Source of the DNA: Eledone cirrhosa
Taxonomy: Eukaryota
Direction of reading: 5' to 3'
NCBI GenBank assembly: GCA_964016885.1
Contig: CAXHJY010000955.1
Coordinates: 1-64,000, forward strand
DNA: 64,000 nucleotides
Shown here: piece by piece, positions 1 through 12,864 of the stretch
How the letters are laid out: every line of letters begins with the position of its first letter
Position numbering within the stretch: position 1 is the first letter of the stretch
The notes under the pieces: model-generated
Database searches by the model: none
What the model was told of the DNA's origin: nothing
Seen by the model: the letters and a program-made list of their open reading frames with translations, nothing else
Made by a program: the position numbers and the translations under genes

Positions 1-75
1 GAAAAAATAATTACTGGATAAATCCAGGTATTTCTGAATTTTATTCCATTCAGCAATGGAAGCAGTGACCCACAG
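1..75 (-). mobile_element. CRE-like (RLE-type) non-LTR retrotransposon fragment
   Basis: Clear nucleotide similarity to 6560-6635, which encodes the AERNKIRKYQDLSNNYFF segment. Confidence 0.55.
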
Positions 76-471
76 ATTTACCGTGGGAGGGAGCAAAAGA
101 GTCCTGACTGTGGCGTGCTAGATGAGACAACCACCTCTTACCCAGGAACAAAGAGTAAGACCGTCTGATTTCTTCCCATCACTTCTGGATAATTCAGCTG
201 GCTCCAGAACTGAGGAGATATTTATTCGAGCTAGGTGTTATATACACAATATACAAGGGGAATGTTTGTATGTGTATAACATATATACCAGATATATATA
301 TAAAAAGGAAATATCTATGTGTATATAACATATATACCAGAGGTATATATACAAGGGGAATGTTTGTGTGTATACGAGTTATATACCAGGTGTATATACA
401 ACACAACAGAGGATTAATTAACTTCAGGTAATTCTAATAATGTAATTTTATTGAACCACTGTAGATTGGAT

Positions 472-902
472 CAGTGGCATGCAGAGGTTTGGTGATGCCT
501 GAAGCCAACTCTTTAAATGTCTGCAACTAAAACTCAAGTATAGGGCCTAGTACTGAGATATGTCTGCAAGAAAGACATTTTAAATATGTAAAAACAGATG
601 AAATATTAAATAAACACTTCAAATTAATATAAAATCACCCACATAAGTTTTGTTTGAGAATACACATCGAATTTCAAGTTAATATATTCTTCAGCCTTTT
701 GATCTGGGCGGAAAACTGGGCACAAACTTTGGATGAGTGCTTGAGAAACCTAAGTAGGTGCTCTGCTCAGTAGCCATATAAATAGACATCTTTGCATGAC
801 TGTGTGGTTGGATGCATCACCCCTATCATCCACTACCACCATCTGTCTTAATATAGATACCAGGGCCATCATACCTTTTGTCCCATTCTCTGCATGCCAC
901 TG
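472..902. mobile_element. hAT-type non-autonomous DNA transposon (MITE)
   Basis: Perfect 15-bp TIRs, cagtggcatgcagag (472-486) and ctctgcatgccactg (888-902). A second copy lies at 28323-28725. Confidence 0.8.
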
Positions 903-1489
903 ATTGGGACTCTTCGAAACTATCATAATAGAATATGAGAAAAAACAAATCTTTTATTTATCATTTATTCTATATTTTCCAGATCAATCCAGTTTATGTT
1001 AAGCCTGGATATCTGTAACTCAATGTCAGCGGGAAATACATTGGTGGGAAGAGAATTCCAAAGGGTTAATATTCAGGGCAGTGGTAATTGGGAATAGAGG
1101 TTAATGCAGGGGTAGGCAGTGAGATACAGCAGAGGTTACAAGAAGAGGAGAGACAGGTGTATGGAGTGGGTTTATGTTGAAGTGATATGCAACTAAATGG
1201 TTCAGCAGAATAAAGTCTTCTAATATTAGTATAATAAACAGAGAGAAGAGACATGACTGTAGGTCATGGGTTGCAGTGTGTTGATGTGTAATCAATTGAA
1301 TGGACTTCTTTTGGGCATAGTCTAGGATGTTTGAGAGTGTAGCAACAGTGCCATCCAATATGTGGGAGAAGAATTCTAATGAGGGTTATATTTGAGATTT
1401 GCCAAATTGATCAAAGATCAATTATTTTCTGGCTTTGAAGAGGAAGACTCATCTCTGGGATACAGTTTTAACTATGTTGGAAAGTATCA

Positions 1490-1944
1490 AAGATCATGGC
1501 TCTGGTTCTATGAAATAAAACCACCTATTTTAAAGGTTTCCAATTTATATTAAAATCTCCCAACATAATTTTATATAAGAACCTTACGTTAAGTTAGTAT
1601 ATTAGTAATGAAATAATTAATAATTTTAGTAAATCTCTCCAAATTCTTCATTCATTAATTATAGTAGAGTGTATTTCATTAGAAATGTGGTCATGAAAGA
1701 ATTAACCCTTTCACTCCCAAATTCATCATGAAAGACACTGTCTATTATCTTAAAATAATTTTGAAAGTAATCAAGAATTTGGAGGGATTTAGTTATACTT
1801 ATGACTTCCTCATTATTAATCTGGTTTATGAAACATAACTTAAAATGATAATTGAAGATTTTTAGATAAAGATATGCATTTTAAAATAAGGTTTTACATC
1901 AGAGAAACAGGGTGGTTTCACGTAATTTGGTATAAAAAAGTTAA
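1490..1944. mobile_element. Two adjacent piggyBac-like MITE copies
   Basis: Similar to 24160-24391; TTAA-CCCTTT start at 1702. Confidence 0.6.
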
Positions 1945-2088
1945 ACATGGGCAAAACTAGATTGTCGACTCACTCCACTGAGAAACACATTGCTGAAATA
2001 ACTAAGGATTGTAAACAGATTTAAAACTAATGTAACAAATCACATAGCTGATTCTACTATATGCAAGACTATAACTTAAGTTACTCAT

Positions 2089-2475
2089 AATAATGGTTTC
2101 TGATTTAGGCACAAAGCCAACAGGGAGAAGTCAATTAAATCGACCCCAGTGCATTACTGGTACTTTATTTTATCAACCCTATAAGGATAAAGGCAACACT
2201 AACCTCGACAAGATTTGAACTCAGAATGTAAAAGGACTCAACTATATACCACAAAGCATGTTTTCCAATGCTCTACCGATACTGCCAATTCACAGGTCAT
2301 AATAATTGTTTCTACTTTTGGCACAAGGCCAGCAATTACCCCAGTGCGTTACTGGTGCTTTATTTTATGGACCCTGTAAGGATGAAAGGCAAAGTTAACA
2401 TCGGCGAGATTTGAACACAGAACATAAAGGGCCATAACTCTATGCTGTAAAGCATGGTGTCTGATGCTCTACCAA
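2089..2475 (-). mobile_element. Two tandem tRNA-derived SINE copies
   Basis: Reverse complement of the SINE at 47375-47566 (B-box gagttcaaatc, core actttgcctttcatcct...gtcgataaaataaagtaccag). Confidence 0.8.
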
Positions 2476-3544
2476 TACATCATTCTTCACATATTTATTA
2501 ATAAAGTTCATTTTATTCATTTCAACTTTACAAATAAAATCTGTTTGAATATTTACGACTGAAAAGTGCCTGATTTTGAAATTTTAACTACAAAACAAAC
2601 CCATTTTTTAAAATCAGCTTTCAAGAATAAATTTGTATACTGCACTAACTATGTTAACATGAACTTAATTATTTGTTCCTCATGAAGCTGGCATCTGTCA
2701 GTAATGTATTCACTAAACAATTGTAGTTTTCTACAGACATTTACTTAGTAATTTTTTTCCATCACTACTTTGGCAAGTAGACTAAGGTGAAGCTGATATA
2801 ATCACTGATATAATCACAAAAAGATAGAAACATGTTTGATATTATCTCCCTTACTTGCTGAAGTTGTAGTGAAAATGTGTGAAAGGAAAATCAGAAAGCC
2901 AAGAACACAGTCTATTGAATAATAAAAAAACTGTGTACAAATAAAGATAGATTTTTTTATTTACACTGCATGAGATTAATATAACAATACTGCATAGAAA
3001 TAAATAACATACCCGAATAATCCAGCATAACTTGAAATGAAAATAACATAATGTGGCATATGTATTTGTGTGTGTGTGGGGGTGGGGTGGGGTGGTGTGG
3101 GGTGGGGTGGTGTACAAGTATTGATGACTGCTAAACCAAACGATAAATACCTTGTTAAAATATAACTCACGTGTAATTAAAAAAATGTTGGCAAGAAGAA
3201 CTTGCAAGAAGAATCTTGATAACATAGATTCTGGATAAATCTTGGAGATTTCTCGCTGGTTAACAATTCTCATCTGTTGTTATAACCTTCTGTCACACGA
3301 CCAAAAAACTTCTCGAATATTCTAAATTTCGGATGTAGTTTATTAGGTATATAGAGTAAACTTTTATTATACAAAGCATATAAATAAATTTACAGTAGAA
3401 CAACATAACAAATATGTTTTAAACATAAATAACATTATAAATGTCTAGATAATATAAATTGCTCGTGATTCTTTCAGAAGGATATATTCTTTTAATGTTG
3501 CAATATTAATGAAAAAATAAAGGATGGGGTGAACAATCGAGCCA

Positions 3545-3655
3545 ACACCAGAGCAAAAGACAGCAGCGTTGCGAGGAGTACCAGCATTCAGGTGGCAGGA
3601 CAAACCATATAAACCTGTGGTGTCGAGGGACCTACCACAGCGACATGTGTTTATA
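3545..3655 (-). mobile_element. CRE-like retrotransposon fragment (zinc-knuckle region)
   Basis: Minus strand translates TCRCGRSLDTTGLYGLSCHLNAGTPRNAA. This matches the CxCG..D..G.HGLSC...G..RH pattern that precedes the RLE endonuclease in CRE-clade elements. Confidence 0.6.
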
Positions 3656-3697
3656 TCGTTTGTGTTTGTCTTCGTTCAGTAAGCATTATATTATTAT

Positions 3698-4233
3698 ACT
3701 AGCTGGCCCCATAATGTAAAAAATGACGGCTAATTGTAATATCTATACATAATATAAAAAAGAGATGTTTGTTTGTTGGTTGGTTGGTTTGTTCCTTTGT
3801 GCTCACTCACACAAGTGATACAAACATACAAACACAGCTGTGACGAATCTTAGAATGCTGGACTTCTATAGTTTTTACCCCCTCCTTCCTCAGTCATCAC
3901 ATAGATGTTGTGTATGTTATAATTATTTTTTCTAAGTGTGTCTTTATATGTAAGTGTAGATCCGTGTGTGTTTGTAATTATATTGTCTATGTATCTTTTT
4001 AAATAAACACTCAAACACATATACACTCACACAAATATTATATATAAATATAATTTACAATTTACACAAGCACACACACACAAACACTCACATAATCATA
4101 ACAGCCAATGTGTGTAGCCAATTCGCTATACACACACAGGTGTAGCGAATGTTAAACGCTGCCACCCCTTCCTTCCTTAGTCATCTCTAGTGTGCGATGG
4201 ACAAATACACAAGGCTATTATATATTAGTAGAT
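3698..4233 (+). mobile_element. Helentron-associated (HINE/DINE-1-like) non-autonomous element
   Basis: Starts actagc and ends ...ttatatattagtagat. Internal repeat cccctccttcctcagtcatc at about 3878 and 4165, plus CA-rich microsatellite. Same architecture as 8190-9103 and 34912-36351. Confidence 0.45.
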
Positions 4234-4304
4234 TTTTTTTATACAACTGTGAATAAAAGGTTTTTGACATTTGCTTAATAATATTAAACAAAAACAATTG
4301 ACAG

Positions 4305-4600
4305 GGAGACAAGCAAATACCAGGGCTTGTCCTGTCGCTCCCTCTTTGCACGAGTCGTCGTCGAGACTTTAGGCGCCCTCGGACAGCCAGCCTCCACCGT
4401 CAAATCGGATCGACAGCAGCCCGTCTGAGGAAGGAGCATAGCGAGGTGGGGTAGCTGTTGCAGTGGGTGTCGCTGGCCAATGCCTTTGCAGTTTTGTCCG
4501 CAGGGCACAGCCAAAACACAGCTCTGACCTAGGTGTAGAGTCTGTCAACCTCTCCTTTTCCATCTCTCTTTCTTCTTTGCTTAATAGTCCTTACTCTTTC
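4305..4600 (+). mobile_element. CRE-like retrotransposon 3' fragment just upstream of TBCC
   Basis: Translates KYQGLSCRSLFARVVVETLGALG (RLE C-terminal KY..L...F.PV.VETLG..G motif). Its 3' part, ctgacctagg...cttaatagtcc, recurs at about 46107-46185. Confidence 0.55.
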
Positions 4601-4860
4601 CCGCCTTTTCTTCTCATTTATGGCATTTATAGTTCTTTATTTTACTTTTTGATACAGCCAGATCTGCCCTTCATTACCTCCCCCCCCCTTTTTTTTTCAT
4701 TATTTAGTTTTCTTTTTATCCTTTTTAAATATTTTCCATCATTGTATAACTTCTTTTCGTAAAATCTTTGTTAAAATAATTCCCACTTGTTTGCTAAATA
4801 ATATTGCCTCCCTTTATTGTAAAGCTTTATTTGTATTTGCTGTAAGCGGCTGCTCTAAAG

Positions 4861-5847
4861 ATGGCTTCATCTGCAGCTGATCTTGATGCTAAGAAAGCCT
4901 CTGTCACATCGAAATTACAAACAAGGGATGATGAAAGACACAATATTATTAAAAAACAAACTGATGAAAAGCTTTTGAATACTTCAGAAAAAGAAAATGT
5001 TGATTTCTTTCTTGAAAGCATTCGAAAAAAGAAAATGTCAATAGAAGAATGTTTATGTACTTCTGAAAACTTAGAGAAAAATGATCTGCCAAGTAAATTT
5101 GAAGAAATGACAGTGTCTTTAGAAAAACTTCAGAAATACGTGACGGAATCTGCGATATTTTTACCTGCTGCTATACTAAGAAGAGCTCAAATTGAAGTAA
5201 ATAACTTAAAAAATGACCTGCTAAATAAGAAGGAAGGTATTCTACCAAAGAAGAAATTTGCTTTCAAGAATAAGAAGAAAGTCTCAGATAAAATTAAAAA
5301 CGACCCTGAGCCGAAAATTGAAGAAAACAAAACAGATGAGTTGGAAATTAGTGTTACTAAATGTCATTTCGCTGACAGAGAAAATGAAACCTTAGTTAAA
5401 GAAGCCGAAGAAACGAATAAGGAAGATGTGCTTCTGACAAAACTGACAAACTGTACTGTTAAACTATATGGAGCCCCTTCAGCTTTTCATATTAACTTCC
5501 TAAAGAACTGCAAAGTTTTTTGCGGACCTGTGTCTTCTGCTATATATATTAATGACTGTTCTAATTGTACCTTTGTATTGGGCTGTCAACAATTACGCAT
5601 CCACCGAAGCCACGATTGTCATTTCTATATCCATGTTACTAGCAGGGCTATTATTGAAGAATGTTCTGAAGTTGCCTTCGCTCCTTACAACTGGGAATAT
5701 CCTGACTTAGACGACCATTATGAATTGTCTGGGTTAAATCGTTCACTTAATAACTGGAATCTAATTAATGACTTTAACTGGCTATCTACAGATGTTCACT
5801 CACCTAACTGGACATTAATAGACGAAACCGACAGGGTGGTCTACTAA
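4861..5847 (+). CDS. TBCC: Tubulin-specific chaperone C (tubulin-folding cofactor C), single coding exon, 328 aa
   Basis: Uninterrupted ORF. N-terminal helical region ends in the PKKKFAFK motif. C-terminal C-CAP/cofactor-C beta-helix has GPVSSAIYINDC, CQQLRIH (catalytic Arg), HVTSRAIIEEC, FAPYNW and NNWNLINDFNWL...SPNW. Confidence 0.95.
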   Translation: MASSAADLDAKKASVTSKLQTRDDERHNIIKKQTDEKLLNTSEKENVDFFLESIRKKKMSIEECLCTSENLEKNDLPSKFEEMTVSLEKLQKYVTESAIFLPAAILRRAQIEVNNLKNDLLNKKEGILPKKKFAFKNKKKVSDKIKNDPEPKIEENKTDELEISVTKCHFADRENETLVKEAEETNKEDVLLTKLTNCTVKLYGAPSAFHINFLKNCKVFCGPVSSAIYINDCSNCTFVLGCQQLRIHRSHDCHFYIHVTSRAIIEECSEVAFAPYNWEYPDLDDHYELSGLNRSLNNWNLINDFNWLSTDVHSPNWTLIDETDRVVY

Positions 5848-6130
5848 CTAGTATAAAGGTTTTAATTAATTGAATAATCTTATTAAAATGTTTCAGTGCC
5901 GTTAGTTGAATTCATATTAAAATTGTTTTAACCTTGTAAAAGTTACTTGTGAATTATATGCACCGGTAAGCTGGTGTATATATGTTTTTTGCTGTATCTT
6001 GTTATATACATGTAGCATTTCAATTTCTATTTTATTTTCTGCTTAGAATTAAACGATTTTCGAAAAATCTCTTACTACGTAATGTTCTAATGCTATGAGA
6101 AACTTCTACATCGTAAGCTTTTATTTGTGT

Positions 6131-6136
6131 AATAAA
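6131..6136 (+). promoter_or_regulatory. Candidate polyadenylation signal of TBCC
   Basis: AATAAA about 285 nt after the stop, followed by GT/T-rich sequence. Confidence 0.45.
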
Positions 6137-6309
6137 ATTGGTGTTTATTATAAGTTTTATTTAATTATAATTGTTTATAACTTTATTTAATTATTACAGT
6201 AGAATAACGTTGCAAATATGTTTTAAATATATACTTAAATAACACCAACAATTGCTCGCAAGTTGTTCAGAAGGACAAATATGTCTAAACTGTGTAACAA
6301 TAATATAAA

Positions 6310-6665
6310 TTCATGAACAAAAATGATATTGGGGAAAAAAAAGGGGGGGGGGGTGCAATCCACCACCAAGTGTAACAATCTGCAACACCTCACACCTTGA
6401 GGGTTAACTACACATTCAGGCAAGCCAACTCGCTTGCAGCCTTACCACGGGTGATGGCGAGGATAAGGCGCTGAAATAATCAGGCACCCTCACGGGCATC
6501 ACCTGACACCAGTGAATACAAGAACTTCGCTGTCAGCGGCCCAACGCCACAGGCTGGAAAAAAAATAATTGTTTGATAAGTCCTGGTATTTCCGAATTTT
6601 ATTCCGTTCGGCAGCGGAAACAGTGACTCCTACATTCACAGCGGCGTCCATGATGTAGGAGGGGG
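6310..6665 (-). mobile_element. CRE-like retrotransposon 3' fragment
   Basis: Translates AAVNVGVTVSAAERNKIRKYQDLSNNYFF and VSGDAREGA*LFQRLILAITRGKAASEL, typical of the CRE RLE C-terminus. Homologous to 32935-33200. Confidence 0.7.
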
Positions 6666-6829
6666 CTCTGAAAAATAGTAAAGCCTCAGGACCGTCAGAG
6701 ATAGTTGTTGCGATAATGAAATCATCAGGGTAAGTCGGCACTGAACTTGTCACTCGATAATCGATTGCGTAATAACAGACAGTGCCATACTCAATTGCTC
6801 GCATAATAGTATACCCATTAATTGCTACA

Positions 6830-7730
6830 AGGGAAAATGTGATGCACTAAAAAGGAGCAACTACAAGAGCATAAAACTGGTGGACAAGTTATGAAAGTGA
6901 AAAGGAGTTTTAACATAATTAGTTAGGAAAGTGTCAAATTAGATGAGTTGTTTGGTTTTGTACCAGAAGGGAAACACCATAGATGCCTTCTTAGACAACT
7001 ACAAGAGAAGTTCTTAGATAATCGTAAGCCACTATATCTAGCTTTTATTTATCTGGAGAAAGCCTTTGACAGAGTACCACGATCTGTCATCTGATGGCCT
7101 TTAAGGAAACTGTAAAAGAAGGGCTTGTGTGAATAGTTTGTCATATACAGAACAGTTTTCAGTAAAATGGTATTAGGTAATGAGATTAGAGAGGAATTCA
7201 ATGTGCACATAGGTGTTCATCAAGGCTCAGTCTTCAGCCAACTCTTGTTTATTATAGTTCTCCAGACCATTAGAAGGGTTTAAGACAGGCTGTCCTTGGG
7301 AACCTCTGTATGCTGATGACCTGGTTCTTATAGCTGAATCTGTGGAAGAGCTTGAGTATAAATTCCTATTGCGTAAATAGAACTTAGAAACAAAGGGGTT
7401 TAGAGTAAACTTGGAAAGAACCAAAACTTTAGTAAGTAGGAAAGAAGACAGGACTCTGATCCCATCATGGAAATGACCTTGCTTGTTATGTAGAAAAGGA
7501 GTGGACAGAAGCTCTATATGATGTAAATGTTAGGTACACAAGTGGTATAATGGGAGAGCAGGTAGATTAACAGAAAATGTAGACTTTATGTGTAGCAGGT
7601 GTAATGGGATCGTTGGTAGTAAGAGCAACTGAAATAATCTTGGGTACACAAGTGGTGTAATGGGATAGCAGGTAGACTTTATATGTAGCAGGAGTACTGG
7701 AATATTTGGTAGTAAGAGCAACAGTGAAAT
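6830..7730 (+). mobile_element. Degenerate RTE-clade LINE RT fragment
   Basis: LAFIYLEKAFDRVP, GVHQGSV, PWEPLYADDLVL remnants with frameshifts. Confidence 0.8.
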
Positions 7731-8189
7731 GATAATACAGAAATAATTGTTCAACCATGTCAGTAATGTTGATTAAGTCTAGATGTATAAAGTGTATGTA
7801 AGGATTCTTAATTGTTTGCTAGTATAGAATAAAGTTAATAACTGTAAACAATAAGTATTTTGGTAGCTTGCAGTGCCTAGTATACGTTCTCCTATGTGTC
7901 TGAGGAAGGGTAACTTGAGCTCATTCCAGTATATTCTTCCTGGAGATAGTTCAAGAGGAAGGTTATCAGGAAGAAACCGCAATGTTTCTAATATACCATT
8001 TAACTGTAGATAGTTTATGAGAAAGTCAGGAAGAACCAGCAATGGTTTCTAATATGCTATTCAACCATAAAACAATGGGAAATACTCTAAACCAGAGGTT
8101 CTCAAAGTGGGCGCTGCTGTGACCTACGGGGGAAGTGGAGATGATATAATAGTATATTAAATATCAAATGATACATATTATATATAAAT

Positions 8190-9103
8190 ACTAGCAGCAG
8201 GACCCGGTGTTGCACGGGGTAGGAAACGTGAAATAGCAACACGCATATGCAAAGATTGAGGAATGTAGTTGTGTACTTTTTGAATTCCCTTATTCTCAGG
8301 GAATGATTGTTCATCTACTGGAAACGTAGAACACCAGCAGGCCCAAATCGTGAAACATCTGCATGCAGATGCAAAATCTGAAGAAAATCAGCTGCATACT
8401 CTTTAAGCGTACTAAATCTTAGAGTATGATTTTTCTTCCATTTGGAGAAAATCACACTGCGTTTACACAGCAACAAAGATGCGACAAAAGAGGTCACCGT
8501 GGAATTAGCACAACCGGCGTACTTGCGCAGGGCTTTCATACTGCGGTGTAGGTGCAACAAAAGAGGTCTTAGTCGAAGTAGCACAACGTGAGTTTTATGG
8601 TGTCAATAACACGGCAACGTACACAGGACCCAGATTTGCACATGATGAAAGCACAAAGCATCAACAGGGTGCTGACAAAAACTTTAAGGTCCTCATTTCC
8701 TCAATCCCCCGAAAATGGTCCTGCTTAAAAGTAAGTAAGTGTTGTATATAGTGTTTATATTGAAAATGAAAATGGCATGTAATGCCCAATGCTAATTCGT
8801 AAAGTTCCTAGAAACCATTAATGGAATCATAAATTTTTTTTGTCCTCAGCAATGTGAGGGGACTAACTAATGTGTGCTGCAAATTTCGAAGAAATCGGCT
8901 GGATTATCTTTAAGTTACGCTTCAAAAAGCCTTAAAAATTCGGTTTTTCGCCTAATGCAGAAAAAGTTCAAATTTGTTTAGCCCATTGCACTTCAAGAAA
9001 TATAAGTAATACATGTGTAAAGTTTGAAAAAAATCGGTCAGGTACTTCTCCAGTTTTAGGGATTTACACAGACAGACATCCTCTGTTTTATATATATAGA
9101 GAT
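8190..9103 (+). mobile_element. Helentron-associated (HINE/DINE-1-like) element
   Basis: 5' actagcagcaggacccg...cacggg hairpin; 3' acagacagac...ttttatatatatagagat. Confidence 0.55.
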
Positions 9104-9124
9104 AGTAAAATAAAAAACATAATA

Positions 9125-12015
9125 TTTAATAATAATGAAAATATTGTGTACAGCGCTCAGGTGCACTACAACTCATCAAAAATGTATGCATAGTACATAG
9201 TGTAATGTACAAACGTCAGGAAAATGAACAGTGCATGAGTCATGATATACACGTGTGCATGTGTATGGAAGGGGGACATCAGGTGTAGTTTTGGCGAATT
9301 TCGGGAAGCATAGGGTTTTAAAGAATGCAGTTTCTCGGTAGCTAACAACTGACGCAGGCAGTTTGTTCCATGCTTCAACAACTCTAAGCATGAAAAAATG
9401 TTTCCGAACTGACTTTGTAGGCATATCCACGTGTGTTAGACACATTGAGATCAAAAAGGTGCTCAGGGTTGTTGTTGGCAAGATGGTTAATAATTTTGTG
9501 GGTGTTTACCAAGTCCATTGCCAGACGTCGGAGCTTCAATGAATCCATGCCCAGGGAAGCAAGGCGTTCAGAGTATGGTAGGTGCCTGATGGAGGGTATG
9601 CGCTTGGTTGCACATCTCTGAACAGTTTCCAGGAGGTCAATGTTCTGAGCAAGATAGGGGTTCCAGACTGATGATGTGAATTCCAAGTGTGGTCGTACCA
9701 TAGCTGTATACAGCTTTAAATAGAGGGCTGGAAAGCGGCTAACAAAGATCTTGCTGAGGGATGCCAAGACACCCTCGGCCTTCTTGACAATTTTAGAGAC
9801 ATACTTTGTCCAACGCAAATCGCTGCTGACAGTAATGCCCAGGTCACGTTCACAAGAGGACTTCTTGATATCAGTGTTGTGGACGCTGGATTTTTCCTCC
9901 CAAAATGCAATGTGGTACACTTGTCCACAGCCAGCTTCAGTTGCCAGTCTGTGATCCATTGCTGCATTGTGTCCAGGTCTGATTGTAGGAAAGAGTTATA
10001 GATTTCAGGATCTGTCCTTTTGATTTCAAGGTACAACTTGATGTCATCTGCATATTTCAGTACCATGGCATTATTTAAGTTGGCATCTATGTCATTAATA
10101 TATGCCACAAACAAAAGGGGACCAAGAACAGATCCCTGTGGTACACCAGATGACATCTCATATGGTGAAGAATGCTGTCCTAGAACCATGACTACCTCTT
10201 TTCGGCTAAGAATGAAGGATTTCAACCAGTTAAAAAGATCATCCCTCACACCCATTGCAGAGAGTTTCACCATAAGTCTTTTGTGTGGCACAGAATTAAA
10301 AGCCTTAGCGAAATCAAGGTAAACAACATCCACTCATGAGCCGCTGTCAGTGATCAGGGTAATGTCTTCAAGGAACTTGATAAGCTGATCACAGCAGCTG
10401 GAGTTAGGGATAAATCCAAATTGCGAGGACTGGATGAGGCTGTGAGAGCTCCAGAAGTTCCAAAGTGTTTCTCTGACACAGGATTCCATCAGTTTGGCAA
10501 TACAGCTAGTAAGACTGACTGGACGATAGTTGACAGGTGATGTGCAGTCGCCCTTTTTGAACAGGGGAATGACACTGGCAGTTTTCCACTGCTCCGGAGT
10601 AGCACCATTGTTGAGACAATATTGAAAGAAGCAAGAAAGCTGGTGCAAGAGGAAGTACCCGCCACGTTTGAGAAGCAGGTATGTAACACCATCAAGACCA
10701 GAGGAGGCATAGTTGCGCTTATTCTTAAGGTGACGTCGCAGCATTGCAAGTATAAATTCCATAGTTATTATGGAATTTGATGTTAGAGATGGTGGAGATG
10801 GTACATTCTGGTTTTCAACAGTAAAAATGCTTGCATAGCACTCAGCAATGAGTTCTGCGCATTCTTTGGGATTGTCAGTGAACCTGGCTTGTGTGGGGAT
10901 TGCGAAGAGGACCAACTGGAGAGTGAGGTCTCTGCTTTGAATGTACATATTTCCAGAACACCTTACTGTCAGGATTGGTTGCTATGCACTGTTCAAATTC
11001 AAGCACTGCCTTTTTTGTCACTTGCTTGAGATGGTTGGAAGATTTATTCTGCTTTTTTCTGTTGGCATCTTTATGCAGTTTATATTTCCATTCAGCGTTC
11101 CAACGTTCTTTCCTGGCAAGTCGGACTGCTGAAGTTTCCCAAATTACACTTTTGGGGTGGGTTATTTTCTGCTTACGTGGCACTGATGCTGCACACACAA
11201 TCCATATTGAGTCCAGGATGCTCTGGAGTATAGTGCTCATATCTCCAGAGTTATAGAACTCATGCCAGTTTGGGTGCTGTAGCTCAGTGCAGTACAAGTT
11301 CCAATCTGCTTTCTTCCAATCAAAGCAAGCAGATTGGAGATGGTTCTGGTTTTTATTGCTGCCTGCAAGAGCCAGATTGGCAATGATCATAGCATGATCA
11401 GAGTTGCCTAGAGGTTCCTCAGTAGTACAACTGATAACCACTTCAGGAGTAGTGGTGAAGATCAAGTCCAAAGTGTTGTCACCTCTTGTTGGAGAGGTGA
11501 CTACTTGTGACCAGTTTGAGTCCAGCACTAGTTCAAGGAAATCGTTTGCACTTTGTGGCCAACGAAAGGTTTCCCAATCGATCTCAGAATGATTGAAGTC
11601 ACCTGCAATAAACACATAAGTGGCTGTTTTCCTGGCAGCAGCTCTGAGGATATTGCAAAGCTGTGTGTCCTGATGGTAATTTGGGGGGGGGGGGGGGGGG
11701 GGGCGATAAACAACACCAAGCAGAAGTGTTGACATGGTCATACGTATGTCACAGAAAAAAACTTCTTGTGATTCGTTCAAATCAATGCAAGGAATTACCG
11801 AAAAGTTTGAACGAACATAGGCCATCACACCACCACCACGGCGATTAATGCGGTCCTTGTGGAACAGGTTGTACCCAGTAATGCTGAAAACCCTATCACA
11901 GAGTAAGGAATGTGCCCATGTTTCTGTGACGAAGTCAGGGTCGATGCTTCTGACGTAGGAGTTAATCAGATGTATCTTGTTGCATAAATTGCGAGCATTT
12001 ATACATACTATATAT
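9125..12015 (-). mobile_element. CR1/L2-group LINE, near-complete ORF2 (APE endonuclease plus RT), inactivated by stops and frameshifts
   Basis: INARNL, VTETW, GVVYRPP, AGDFNH, PTRGDNTLDLIF, LGNSDH (APE). NYRPVSLTS, YLDFAKAFNSVPH, GVPQGSVLGPLLF, YADDIKLY (RT). RPHLEF, VEAWNKLP; TTA-type tail. Confidence 0.93.
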
Positions 12016-12534
12016 TATATTTTTTATTATATATAAATTAAAGATTTTATTTATTATATATTATTTACAATTAGCGTGTAGGCAGGTCTCTCTTGAAATA
12101 GGGGTGGGTGCTGAGGGTATTACGTGGCCGTGAGGGGGGGGGGGGGGGGAAGTGGCCCCAAAAGGTTGAGAACCTGTGCTCTAAATCAAGGAACTGATTG
12201 ATTAGCTTCCTCTTTGAATTAATTGTCTATAGTACAATATTTCTGACATGTTTATACTGTCTTTTGTCTGATTACCTTCAATTAGTAATACACCTCTGTG
12301 TATCCACAGCCTCCATCTGTCACTATAGGGTGCAGGTCTGAGAATCTTTTTGTTCTTTTTAATGGAAAACCAGCCATTTTACATGCAGTAAATCTTTCAT
12401 TTTGTCTAATGCCCTAAGAATTCTGCCAATTCACTTACCAACATAGATATATTTTGTCTAATGCTCCAAGAATTCTGCCAATTCACTACCCGGCACTGAT
12501 ATTTTATTTTATCTACTTAATAAGCAGAAATAGA

Positions 12535-12696
12535 ACGAAGGCTATGCTTTGCAGTATAGAGTTACGGCCCTTTATGATCTGAGTTTAAATCCCGCCGAGG
12601 TTAACTTTGCCTTTCATCCTTACGGGGTCGATAAAATGAAGTACCAGTAATGTACTGGGTAATTGCTGGCCTTGTGCCAAAAGTAGAAACAATTAT
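12535..12696 (+). mobile_element. tRNA-derived SINE, 5' truncated
   Basis: High similarity to 47375-47566. Confidence 0.8.
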
Positions 12697-12757
12697 ATGG
12701 TATATATGTATGGATCCATAACTACTGAGGGAGTTGTAGGGGCACCATATTGACATA

Positions 12758-12862
12758 CAGTGTACCCCTGGCATTTTTATGGACCACATCCAATATTCGC
12801 AGTTTTTCACTCTTCACAGGGGCTCTAGGAACATAACCCCCACGAATACTGGGGGACTACTG
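12758..12862. mobile_element. Tc1/mariner (Tigger-like) MITE inserted in a SINE tail
   Basis: TA|cagtgtacccc...gggggactactg|TA. The flanks rejoin to match uninterrupted 26181-26250. Confidence 0.6.
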
Positions 12863-12864
12863 TA

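Larger units (their letters stand above)
8093..12178. mobile_element. hAT-Charlie-like MITE split by two nested insertions
   Basis: TIRs cagaggttctcaa (8093) and ttgagaacctgtg (12178). 8-bp TSD ctctaaac/ctctaaat. Confidence 0.7.

Noticed and set aside
4861-5847. TBCC as a processed pseudogene because it lacks introns
   Set aside because: The ORF is intact with catalytic motifs, no poly-A tail or TSD is seen, and TBCC is single-exon in other animals such as human.
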